DNA from: Kiritimatiellia bacterium
GTDB taxonomy: Bacteria; Verrucomicrobiota; Kiritimatiellia; RFP12; JBMNHG01
Reading direction: 5' to 3'
Assembly (NCBI GenBank): GCA_050950285.1
Contig: JBMNHG010000006.1
Span: 169,167-233,166 of the forward strand
DNA: 64,000 nt
Shown here piece after piece: positions 9,927 to 19,386 of the stretch. The notes beneath the pieces are model-generated. The model had not been told where the DNA came from, did no database searches, and worked only from the letters and a program-made list of their open reading frames with translations. Numbering within the stretch: the first letter of the stretch is position 1; each line of letters begins with the position of its first letter. The position numbers were made by a program, and so were the translations under genes.

Positions 9927-11183
9927 ATGGAAACCTGCAAAAACCTGATCGAAGCCGAAAAGGCAATCCAGCGCAAACACATGGAACTGGCCCGCAGGGA
10001 GTACGAAGACTACCTGCAGAGGCTCGCGGAGAGCACCCCCTCCGAGGGAAGCGACGGGAAGCCGCTCGTCAAGACCAGGACGATCGGCATGAGGGTCGCG
10101 ACCGGGTTCGGGCCGGTTGAACTGAAAGTGAAGAACGGGCTCTGCCGGTCGTCCGGTCGGTACGAGACGCCGATGCGCCTGCGCTTTTTCGGCGGCAGGC
10201 GCGGCTGCGTCTCCCCCGCGTTCGAGATGAGGATCGCGGCGACGGCCATGGAGACGGGATCGTTCGAGAAAGCCTCGAAGCTCTGCAGGGAATGGGGGTG
10301 CCCCGTCAGCGACGACAAGGTCATGGACGTCGTCAGGGACATCGCCGGGCGCTGCGAGGAAGGGAAGCTTCCCCGGCTCTGCGAGGAGGCGGCGGGGAGC
10401 GAGGACACGCTGGTGATCATGATGGACGGCTGGTTCGCCCGGCACCGCGGGGCGGGATGGGGGAAGCGCAACCCAAGAGCCGCCGAGCGCGTGGAATGGC
10501 GCGAGATGAAGTCGGCGACAATCTTCAAGCTCGCCCACGCCGCGGAGACAAGCGGGGGAAGGCGCGTGCTTGTCACCAAGCACGCAGTCTGCATGCCGGC
10601 CGGCACGGATCCGGTCGACTTCGGCCGGAAGGTCGAATTCGAGGCGCGGCGGATGGGGATGATGCAGGCGAAGTTCGTCTACATCGTCATGGACGGCGGC
10701 ACCTACCTCTGGAACATCTTCGAGGACAGGTTCGCCACCATCGCCGAAGGGACGCTGGACTACTACCACGCCACCGAGCATCTCGGCGCGCTCGCCGCGG
10801 CGCTCTTCCCGGACGACGAGCCCGCGCGAAAGGCGTGGCTCTCGGAGCGTTGCAGGAAACTCAAGCGGTACGGGGGGAAGACGCTGCTCGACATCCTCAA
10901 GGCGCACGAAGGCGACGGATGCTGGGACGCGAAGCCCGTGCAACGCGAGACGGAATATTTCATGAAGCACAAGGACCACATGGACTACCTCAGGCAGCGC
11001 AGGCTGGGGCGCCCCATCGGAAGCGGCGCGGTCGAATCGCTTTGTTCGCAGTTGCAGAACCGCTTCAAGCGGTGCGGCCAGTTCTGGTCCGCAGTCGGGC
11101 TCGAGTCATTCCTGAAGGCGTACATATGGTACGTCAACGGGGAGCTCCACCACTGCTGCGCCCAGGCAGCAGTCCCAGCGTAG
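9927..11183 (+). CDS. DDE transposase, ISKra4/ISLre2 (UPF0236)-like
   Basis: 418 aa; VIMMDG, YIVMDG, LDYYHA and MDY...G.PIGSGAVES motifs; lies within the terminal IRs. Confidence 0.88.
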   Translation: METCKNLIEAEKAIQRKHMELARREYEDYLQRLAESTPSEGSDGKPLVKTRTIGMRVATGFGPVELKVKNGLCRSSGRYETPMRLRFFGGRRGCVSPAFEMRIAATAMETGSFEKASKLCREWGCPVSDDKVMDVVRDIAGRCEEGKLPRLCEEAAGSEDTLVIMMDGWFARHRGAGWGKRNPRAAERVEWREMKSATIFKLAHAAETSGGRRVLVTKHAVCMPAGTDPVDFGRKVEFEARRMGMMQAKFVYIVMDGGTYLWNIFEDRFATIAEGTLDYYHATEHLGALAAALFPDDEPARKAWLSERCRKLKRYGGKTLLDILKAHEGDGCWDAKPVQRETEYFMKHKDHMDYLRQRRLGRPIGSGAVESLCSQLQNRFKRCGQFWSAVGLESFLKAYIWYVNGELHHCCAQAAVPA

Positions 11184-12709
11184 CCGGTAGCAAAACGGAG
11201 ATGCGCCCGATGCCGGCGGCGTTGTCGCCGCCCGATGCCGACAGCGAGCCCGCGTCGTCGCCGGGGGCGTTGGTGATGGAGAGCGTCCGTCCCGCCGCGA
11301 CTTCGAGACCTGCGCGGTTGGAGCCAGAGGCAAGCGTGTTCGTTCCCGCGAGGGCGAGCGACACATTGGCATTTGTTCCCACCACGAAGGCGCATTGATC
11401 CGCGTGCGTTGCCAGGAGGGTCAGGTTCGAGAGCGTGACGGTGCCGACGAGGTTGGCCGCGACGGCGACGCCGACGCCGCCGATCACGTTGGCGCCCGAC
11501 AGCGTGTAGGTTCCCGAGCCAGTGATGGCGAGGCTGCGGGTCGCCGCGTTGAAGCTCCATCCGGTGGGGGAGCCCGCCGGGGAGGCGATTTCCTCGCCGT
11601 TGACCGTCACGCCGGTCGGGCCGACGCCGTTTTGGATCTTCACGGTGCGGTTCGACCCGTTCGCCTGGAAGGTGCGGGTGCCGTCCGGGAGCCACAGGTA
11701 GATGCAGCCGTAGTCGTCGGCGGCGATGTCGTCGCCGTTGTAGTTGGCGAGTCCTGCGATCGCGACGGGTTCGCGGGGCTCGAAGCCCGTCACCACCGCG
11801 CAGAAGACGGGTGCCGTGCCGTTCGAGGGCGCGGGGGAGGCGAATGATCCGCCCAGGCGGATCGAGCCGCCGGTGAAGGTGGTCGCCCCGGCGTTCACCC
11901 CTTGGTAGCCCGGCCCGATGTCCGAGCCGCCGTTGCCTTGCGCGAAGACCGTGCCGCCGGAGATCGTCACCGCGGCACTCGCGCCGCCGCTGCTGAAGCC
12001 GCCGCCGCCGCCGATGCCGGCGCCGCCGTTGCTTCCATACTGGCCGGCCGTCGCCGTGACGATGCCGCCGGAGATGTCCACCGTGCCGCCCGCGCCGTTG
12101 CATCCGCCGCCGATGCCGGAGCCATAGGAGCCGCCCTCCGCCGCGACGATGCCGCCGGTGATGGTCACCGTGCCGCATGCGCCGTTCTTGCCGCCGCCGA
12201 TGCCGGCCGCGCTGGAGCCGCCTGCCGCGAACAGCGCCCCCTCGTCGTCATCGGGCGCGTGAGTGATGGAGAGCGACGCGCCCAGCGGAACTTCGAGACC
12301 CGCTCGGTTGGGTCTCGATTCGATGGAGTTCCTCCCTTTGAGGGAAAGCGAGACGTTGGCGCCCGTCTCCAATTCGATGGCGCAAAAGTTGTCGCTCCAA
12401 TAACCTGTCGAGAGCGTCAGGTTCGAGAGCGTGACCGTGTTCGTCGCGCCTTGCGGAACGAGGATGCGCACCGCGCCTGCCGTGTTTCTGCCGGAAAGCG
12501 TGAAAGGACCCGCCCCGGAGAGCGTGAGCGTGAGCGTGGACGAGTCGTACGCCCAGCCCGGGCCGTTGGTCGAGACGGCGTCGTCGAGCGGGGTGCCGTT
12601 GATCGTCACCCCGGTGAGGGCGGCGTGGGCGGCCGTCGTGACCGCGATTGTTGCCGCAACGGCGGCAAGGAAACGAATCAGGGTGTGTTTTTTCATGGCG
12701 GGTCCTTGT

Positions 12710-12882
12710 GGGGTTAGGGGCTAGGGGTTAGGGGTTAGGGCAAGAGACGAGAGACAAGAGACGGGGCTAGGAGAGAGGACGCGAGACGCAAGACGGGAGA
12801 CGGGCGCTTCCGCCTTTCCGGGCTTGTCTCGTGTCTCATGTCTCGTGTCCTCTCGCGTCTCGTGTCTCATGTCTCTTGCCCT
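12710..12882. repeat. Conserved array spacer copy 3
   Basis: Five G-tracts 12710-12740; hairpin AGGGCAAGAGAC...GTCTCTTGCCCT 12737-12882. Confidence 0.85.
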
Positions 12883-12891
12883 TTCTCCGTC

Positions 12892-15466
12892 CTACGGCTG
12901 GGTGGCGCTGGCCTCCACCTTGAAGAAGCGGGCGGGGGCGGTGGCGTCGAGGTTGGCGAAGACGAGGTCGCCGTCGTTTTCGGCGCAGACGCTCTCCACG
13001 ATCTCCCAGTCGCCGCCGAGCGCGGTCGTCGCGTACAGGGTGTACCAGATGCCGCTTTGGGCGTTGGCGATCTTGATGGAGAACGAGGCGCCGTCGAAGG
13101 CGAAGCCCGTGCCGTCCGCGGCGAAGACGGGCGCGGCGGGGCCGCCGGACGATCCTTGGGTCGCCGTGGTCGGCGCGTTGGCGACGGTGGCCTCGTAGCC
13201 GGCGCCGTCCGCCGTGAAGGCGTAGAGGCCGTTCGGGAGCCAGAGGTAGAGCTTGCCGGCGGCATCGGCGACGAGGTCGTTGACGCCGAAGGTGGCGGGG
13301 AGGCTCTCGGCGGGCAGGGCGATCTCGACCGCTGCGTTGGGCACGAGGTTCGTCACCGTGACGCACCAGACGCGCGCCGCGCCGTTGCTGGGCGCGGGGG
13401 CGATGGCGTCGTTCGCGAGGCGGATCGATCCGCCGGTGAAGGTGTTTGCGCCGGAATCCGCGCCGTCGCGGCCCGGCCCGATGTCCGCGCCGGCGCCGCC
13501 GCCTATCATGAAGCTCGTGCCGCCAGCCGCAAAGACCGTGCCACCGGAAATTTCCACCGTGCCACTGGCTCCGCCGGTGGCACCGAAGCCCATGCGGCTG
13601 CCGCCGCCGCCGCCGATGCCGGCGGCGTCGCTGCCGCCTGTCGCCGACACCCGTCCGCCGGAGATCGTCACGGTGCCGCCATCGGCGCCGGGGGCGTTGT
13701 AATAGCTGCCGCCGCCGCCGATGCCGGCGCCGCTGCTGCCGCCTTCCGCCGTCACGGAACCGCCGCTGATGGTCACGGCGCCGCCTTTTCCACCCGCTCC
13801 GCCGCCGATGCCGGCGCCGTTGGCAAGGCACATCATGCCGTCGGCCGAACTGTTTATCGCCGTGAGCTCGCCGCCGCTGACGGTCACTGTGCCGCCCGCC
13901 TGACCCATTCCGCCGCCGACGCCGGCGCCGTATCCTCTGCCTGTCGCAACGACCGTGCCGCCGGAGACCGTCAGCGATCCGCTGGCGCCCTTGGCGCCGC
14001 CGCCGATGCCGGCGGCGCTGGCGCCGGCCGTCGCGGCCAGGGTGCCGCCGGAGACGGTCACGTCGCCGTTTCGACTTCCCATCCGGCGGTCGCGGGCGCC
14101 GCCGGGCCGAAGGCGGCCTCCTCGCCGTTGATCGTCACGCCGGAGGAGCCAATGCCGCCCTGGAGTTTCACCGTGCAGGGGCGTCCGTTCGCTTCAAAGG
14201 CGTATTCGTTGTCGTACGGGAGCCACAGGTAGATGCAGCCGACGTCGTCGGCGACGATATCATCCGCGCCGTAATTCCCAAGCCCCGTGATCGCGACGGG
14301 TTCGTCGGGCTCGAAGCCCGTCGCCACCGCGCAGCCGACCGGCTCCATGCCGTTTGAAGGCGGGAGCATGAGGACGGAGCTGGCCAGGCGGATCGAGCCG
14401 CCGGTGAAGGTGTTCTCGCCGGAGGGGTCGGCATTGGCTCCGGGGCCGATGTCCGCGCCGCCGTTGGCGCCCTGTGCGAAGACCGTGCCATCGGAAATGG
14501 TTGTCTCGCCATTGGTGCCGCCGAAGGCTTTATTGCTGCCGCCGCCGCCGATGCCCGCGGCCCGGGAGTTGCCTTTCGCCGACACCCATCCGCCTGAGAT
14601 CGTCACCGTGGCTCCGTCACCGCCGTTGCCCTCGTTGCTGCCGCCGCCGCCGATGCCCGCGCTGTTGCCCGTCGCCGTGACGACGCCGCCGGAGATCGTC
14701 ACCGTGCCGCCATTGCCGCCATCTCCCCAAAGGCCGCCGCCACCGCCGATGCCCGCGCCGTAGTTGCCGCCCGTCGCCGTGACGACGCCGCCGGAGATGA
14801 TCACCGTGCCGCCGTCCTTCTGCTCGCCGCCGCCGATGCCGGCGGCGTAGTCGTCGCCCCTTGCCGTGACGACTCCGCCGTTGATGGTCACCGCGCCGCC
14901 TGCGCCGTATTGGCCGCCGCCGATGCCGGCCGCGTCGTTGCCGCAGGCTGTCACGGAGCCGCCGTTGACGGTGATTGTGCCGCCAGCGCCCTTGTAGCCG
15001 CCGCCGATGCCCGCGCCGCATTGGCCGGCCGTCGCCGTCAACGCGCCCGTGCCGTCACCGGGCGCGTGGGTGATCGAGAGCGACGCGCCCGCCGGGACTT
15101 CGTCGACCGGAAAGCGTTTTCGCCTTTGAGGAAGAGCGAGACGCAGGCGTTCGTCTCCAGCGCGAAGGTGCAGATGTCGTCGCTCCCATAATCTGCCGAG
15201 AGCGTCAGGTTCGAGAGCGTGATCGTGGTCGTCGCGCCCTGCGGAACGACGACGCGCACCGCGCCCTCCGTGTTTTCGCCGGAAAGCGTGAAGGGGCCCG
15301 GACCCGAGAGCCTGAGGATGCAGGTGGCCGGGTCGTACGCCCAGCCCGGGCCGGACGAGCTGGAGGCGTCGTCGAGCGGGGTGCCGTTGATCGTCACCCC
15401 GGTGGGGGCGGCGAGGGCGGGAAGCGCCATGAAGGCGATGAGGAGGGAGGGGAGGAGGTTTTTCAT
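12892..15466 (-). pseudogene. Paralogue E, Gly-rich repeat secreted protein broken by two frameshifting deletions (~15102 and ~14070)
   Basis: Three consecutive ORFs (15038-15466, 14058-15041, 12892-14082) each match successive parts of the paralogues; ends RFFKVEASATQP. Confidence 0.8.
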
Positions 15467-15698
15467 AGGGGCTAGGTGTTAGTGAGGAGAGCGTAGAGAG
15501 GAGAGAGGAGTGTTGGCTGGGGGCACCCCAGACCCCGTTGAAAATTACGAATTACGAATTGGAGCCTTCCGGCACCAGCCCCTAGCGACTAGCCCCTGCC
15601 GCGAAGCGGCTTGCCCCAGACCCCGGTTTGACCGAGTGGTGGATAGGCGAAGGTGGGTGGTCGATGGGCAACTTTGTCGTGAGCTTTGTCGATAAGAA

Positions 15699-15846
15699 GG
15701 GGCTAGGGGTTAGGGCAAGAGACGCGAGACAAGAGACAAGGGGAGGAGGGCGCGAGACGGAAGACGGGCGCTTCCGCCTTCCTTGGCTTGTCTCGCGTCT
15801 CATGTCTCGTGTCCTCTCGCGTCTCTCGTCTCATGTCTCTTGCCCT
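15699..15846. repeat. Conserved array spacer copy 4
   Basis: GGGGCTAGGGGTTAGGG then hairpin 15712-15846, nearly identical to 6768-6902. Confidence 0.85.
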
Positions 15847-15853
15847 TTCTCCG

Positions 15854-18800
15854 TCACGGCTGGGTGGCGCTGGCCTCCACCTTGAAGAAGCGGCTGGGGG
15901 CGGTGGCGTCGAGGTTGTCGAAGACGAGGTCGCCATCGTTTTCGGCGCAGACGCTCTCCACGATCTCCCAGGTTCCGCCGAGCGTGTCCGCTGCATAGAG
16001 CGAATACCAGATGCCGCTTTGGGCGTTGGTGATCTTGATGGAGAACGACGTGCCGTCGAAGGCGAAGCCCGAGCCGTCCGTGGCGAAGACGGGCGCGGCG
16101 GGGCCGCCCGACGATCCTTGGGTCGCCGTAGTCGGCGCGTTGGCGACGGTGGCGGTGTAGGCGGCGCCGTCCGCCGTGAAGGCGTAGCTGCCATCCGGAA
16201 GCCAGAGGTAGAGCTTGCCGGCGGCGTCGGCGACGAGATCGTTGACGCCGAAGGTGGCGGGGAGGCTTTCGGCGGGCAGGGCGATCTCGACGGGCGCGTT
16301 GGGCGTGAGGTTCGGCACGGTCACGCACCAGACGCGCTCCGCGCCGTTGCTGGGCGCGGCGGCCGCGTAGCCGCCGTCGATGCGGATGGAGCCGCCGGTG
16401 AAGGTGCTCGTGCCGGAGACGTTCGGCGTCGTGCCGCCGTCCTCCAGATCGCCGATGCCGCCGCCGATGCCGACGCCGCCTTTCGCGCCGCCGGTCGCGA
16501 GGACGGTGCCGCCGGAGACGGCCAGGGTTGCGCCCTCGCCGCCGTCGCCCCATGGCGAGGAGCCGCCGCCGATGCCGGGCGCGTAGTCGCCGCCGGTTGC
16601 CGTGACCCGTCCGCCGGAGATCGTCACGGTGCCGCCCGGCTCTTCGCTGCCACCACCGATACCGGCCGCGTAGTCGCCGCCGGTCGCCAAGACGCATCCG
16701 CCGGAGATCGCCACTGTGATGATGGCATCCCAGCCGCCGCCGCCGCCGCCGATGCCGGCACCCAGGTCGTTGCCGACGGCTGTGATTGTGCCGCCGGAGA
16801 TCGTCACCGCGGCGCTTCCGCCGTAGTAGCCGCCGCCGATGCCTGCGCCGCCGGTGCCCATGTCGTCGCCGGCGCCTGTGGCCGTCACGGCACCACCTGA
16901 GATCTCGACCGTGCCGCCGGCGCTTTCGCAACCGCCGCCGATGCCTGCGCCGCCGCCGCAGCCTGTGGCCGTGACCGTGCCGCCAGCGATGATCACGACA
17001 CAGTCGCCGTTGTCCCACAGGTAGGCTCCGCCGCCGATGCCGCCGCCGATGGCGCCGCCCGTCGCCGTCACCGAGCCCCCGGTGATTTCGACCGTGCCGC
17101 CCCGGTCGTGGTAGCCGCCGCCGATGCCCGCGCCGCCCCAGTCGCCCGTCGCCACGACCGTGCCGCCGGAGATTCTGATCGTGCCGGCGCTGCCGTAGCC
17201 GCCCCAGTCGCCCTGGTAGCCGCCGCTGCCGATGCCCGCGGCGTTCTCCCCGCCCGTCGCCGTCAGCGACCCCGCGTCGTCTCCGGGGGCGTTGGTGATG
17301 GAGGTCGCCGCCCCCGCCGAGACTTCAAGGCCCGCGTGGTTGGCGCCGGAGGCGAGCGTGTTTGCCCCGGCGAGGACGAGCGAGACGCAGGCGTTCGTCT
17401 CCAACGCGAAGGCGCACTGGTTGTCATTGGTAGCCAGAAGCGTCAGGTTTGAGAGCCTGATCGTGTTGGTGACGCCCTCCGGCACGACGAAGCAGACGTC
17501 GCCCGATTTGTTGACGCCCGACAGCGTGAAGGGACCCGTTCCCGAGAGCGAGACGGCATGCGTCTCCACATTGAAGCTCCATCCGGCGGCGCCAGGATCC
17601 GCCGGGCCGAAGGCGGCCTCCTCGCCGTTGACTGTCACGCCGGACGGGCCGACGCCGTTCTTGAGCTTTATCGTGTAGGAAAGCCCGTTCACCGTGAAGT
17701 CGTAGTCGCCGTCCGGGAGCCACAGGTGGATGGTGCCGGCGTCGTCGGCGACGATGTCGTTCACACCGTATCCTGTAAGTCCCGTGATCGCAACGGCCAT
17801 GTTGGGGTCGAGGTTCGCCACCTTCACGCAGGCGACCCGGGCCGTGTTGTTCGAGGGCGCGGGGGCGATGGTTGCGTTGGCCAAGCCGATCGAGCCGCCG
17901 GTGATGGTGTTTGCGCCAGAGACTGCGCCGCTTTTGCCCGACCCGATGTCCGCGCCATAGTTGCTCGTGGCCTTGACCGTGCCGCCAGATGCATTCACAT
18001 GGCCGCCTGCGCCTTGCCATCCGCCGCCGATGCCGGCGCCGTAGTTGCCCGTGGCCTTGACCGTGCCGCCGGAAACATTCACCGTGCCGCCCGCGCCGTG
18101 GGCGCCGCCGCCGATGCCGGCGCCGTAGTCGCCGCTGTTTGCCGTGACCGTGCCGCCGGAAACATTCACCGTGCCGCCCGCGCCGTAGGTGCCGCCGCCG
18201 ATGCCCGCGCCGTAGAAGCTGCCGTTTGCGGTGACCGTGCCGCCGGAAATCCAAAGCGTGCCGCCCGCGCCGCCGTCGCCGCCGCCGATGCCCGCGCCGG
18301 CTTCGTCACCGCCTGTCGCGACGACCAAACCGCCGTAGACCGTCACCGCACCGCCGTCGCCGTAGGTGCCGCCGCCGATGCCTGCGCCGGTGTAGCCGCC
18401 CGTGGCCGCGACCGTGCCGCCGGAGATGGTGACCGTGCCGCCCGCGCCGCCGTAGCCGGCTTTTCTGCCGCCGCCGATGCCCGCGCCATAATTGCCGCCC
18501 GTGGCCGCGACCGTGCCGCCCGAGACCGTCACGGCGCCGCCATCGCCGCCGTAGCCGCCCGTCGCCGACAGCGAGCCCGCGTCGTCGCCGGGGGCGTTGG
18601 TGATGGAAAGCGTTTGTCCCGTCGCGACTTCAATGCCTGCGCGGTAGGAACCGGAGGCAAGCGTGTTCTCTCCCGCGAGGACGATCGCGACATTGGCGTT
18701 CGCCTCCAGTGCAAAGGCGCATTGGCCGCTGCTGGTGGTTTGGAGCGTCAGGTTGGAGAGCGTGACGGTGTTGGCCACGTTCGGTGCAACGACGACGAGC

Positions 18801-19021
18801 ACCTTGCCTTCCGTGTTGGTGCCGGAAAGCGTGAAGGGACCCGCTCCGTCAAGCGTGAGGAGGTAGGTGGACGAATCGTACGCCCAGCCGATGTCGCCGG
18901 TCGAGACGGCGTCGTCGAGGGCGAAGCCGTTGATCGTCACCCCGGTGGGGGCGGCGAGGGTCGTGGCCGCGAAGGCGATGGACATCGCGGCGAGGATTTT
19001 GATGCCGTGGTGCGTCTTCAT
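15854..19021 (-). CDS. Paralogue F, secreted Gly-rich repeat (Cthe_2159-like beta-helix) protein with two modules and RFFKV domain
   Basis: 1055-aa ORF; signal peptide; AGIGGG repeats; 3' ~760 bp nearly identical to the 3' end of paralogue D. Confidence 0.85.
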   Translation of the reverse strand: MKTHHGIKILAAMSIAFAATTLAAPTGVTINGFALDDAVSTGDIGWAYDSSTYLLTLDGAGPFTLSGTNTEGKVLVVVAPNVANTVTLSNLTLQTTSSGQCAFALEANANVAIVLAGENTLASGSYRAGIEVATGQTLSITNAPGDDAGSLSATGGYGGDGGAVTVSGGTVAATGGNYGAGIGGGRKAGYGGAGGTVTISGGTVAATGGYTGAGIGGGTYGDGGAVTVYGGLVVATGGDEAGAGIGGGDGGAGGTLWISGGTVTANGSFYGAGIGGGTYGAGGTVNVSGGTVTANSGDYGAGIGGGAHGAGGTVNVSGGTVKATGNYGAGIGGGWQGAGGHVNASGGTVKATSNYGADIGSGKSGAVSGANTITGGSIGLANATIAPAPSNNTARVACVKVANLDPNMAVAITGLTGYGVNDIVADDAGTIHLWLPDGDYDFTVNGLSYTIKLKNGVGPSGVTVNGEEAAFGPADPGAAGWSFNVETHAVSLSGTGPFTLSGVNKSGDVCFVVPEGVTNTIRLSNLTLLATNDNQCAFALETNACVSLVLAGANTLASGANHAGLEVSAGAATSITNAPGDDAGSLTATGGENAAGIGSGGYQGDWGGYGSAGTIRISGGTVVATGDWGGAGIGGGYHDRGGTVEITGGSVTATGGAIGGGIGGGAYLWDNGDCVVIIAGGTVTATGCGGGAGIGGGCESAGGTVEISGGAVTATGAGDDMGTGGAGIGGGYYGGSAAVTISGGTITAVGNDLGAGIGGGGGGWDAIITVAISGGCVLATGGDYAAGIGGGSEEPGGTVTISGGRVTATGGDYAPGIGGGSSPWGDGGEGATLAVSGGTVLATGGAKGGVGIGGGIGDLEDGGTTPNVSGTSTFTGGSIRIDGGYAAAAPSNGAERVWCVTVPNLTPNAPVEIALPAESLPATFGVNDLVADAAGKLYLWLPDGSYAFTADGAAYTATVANAPTTATQGSSGGPAAPVFATDGSGFAFDGTSFSIKITNAQSGIWYSLYAADTLGGTWEIVESVCAENDGDLVFDNLDATAPSRFFKVEASATQP

Positions 19022-19269
19022 GGACGGAGTTCCTTTGGGTTTAGGAGCTTGGGTTAGCAGGAGGTGAAACGGGAGAGGGGAAGGGGTTTCCCGCGGCCGG
19101 AAACAGGCTCAGGAACAGCGTGGACCGGGAAGGACAGGGGGAAGGGGGAAGGGGGAAGGTTCGCCGCCTGCGGCATGAACCGCACGTATGCCCCCTTTTC
19201 CTCCTTTGACATCTTCATTTCAACTCCTCGGGCGGGGTATCGTGGACTGTGGGGCAGCGCGCCCTACGG

Positions 19270-19386
19270 GAGGCGGCGTCGAGGGCGAAGCCGTTGACCG
19301 CCACCCCGGAGGGGGGCGGCGTGGGCCGTGGCCGCGAAGGAGATGGACGACGCGGCGAATATTTTGATGCCGTGGCACTTCTTCAT
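19270..19386 (-). pseudogene. Paralogue G remnant: signal peptide and first residues only, frameshifted in a C6 run
   Basis: MKKCHGIKIFAASSISFAATAHAAP +C SGVAVNGFALD mirrors F (MKTHHGIKILAAMSIAFAATTLAAPTGVTINGFALD); AAGGAGG RBS and TACAAT upstream. Confidence 0.7.

Larger units (their letters stand above)
9493..11208. mobile_element. Insertion sequence, ISKra4/ISLre2-like (IS256/Mutator-related DDE), 1716 bp
   Basis: Perfect 20-bp terminal IRs GGGCGCATCTCCGTTTTGCT (9493-9512, 11189-11208); 9-bp direct repeat GATGCCGGC at 9484-9492 and 11209-11217. Confidence 0.93.
6910..12696 (-). pseudogene. Paralogue D, Gly-rich repeat secreted protein split by an IS (about 1353 aa when rejoined)
   Basis: N-part 12696-11209 (496 codons, ends ...DNAAGI) joins in frame to 9483-6910 (GGGDDSAGG... 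RFFKVEASATQP) once the IS and one target copy are removed. Confidence 0.9.

Noticed and set aside
11134..11208. C-terminus of the 520-aa ORF as a real protein end
   Set aside because: It is read-through into the IS right end; the true continuation is at 9483.
4347..15846. Integron attC sites
   Set aside because: GTTAGGG/CCCTAAC is present, but not in the RYYYAAC...GTTRRRY order flanking the hairpin, and no integrase is in the window.
1628..19021. Diversity-generating retroelement
   Set aside because: No reverse transcriptase, and differences between duplicated blocks are not evidently adenine-specific TR/VR pairs.
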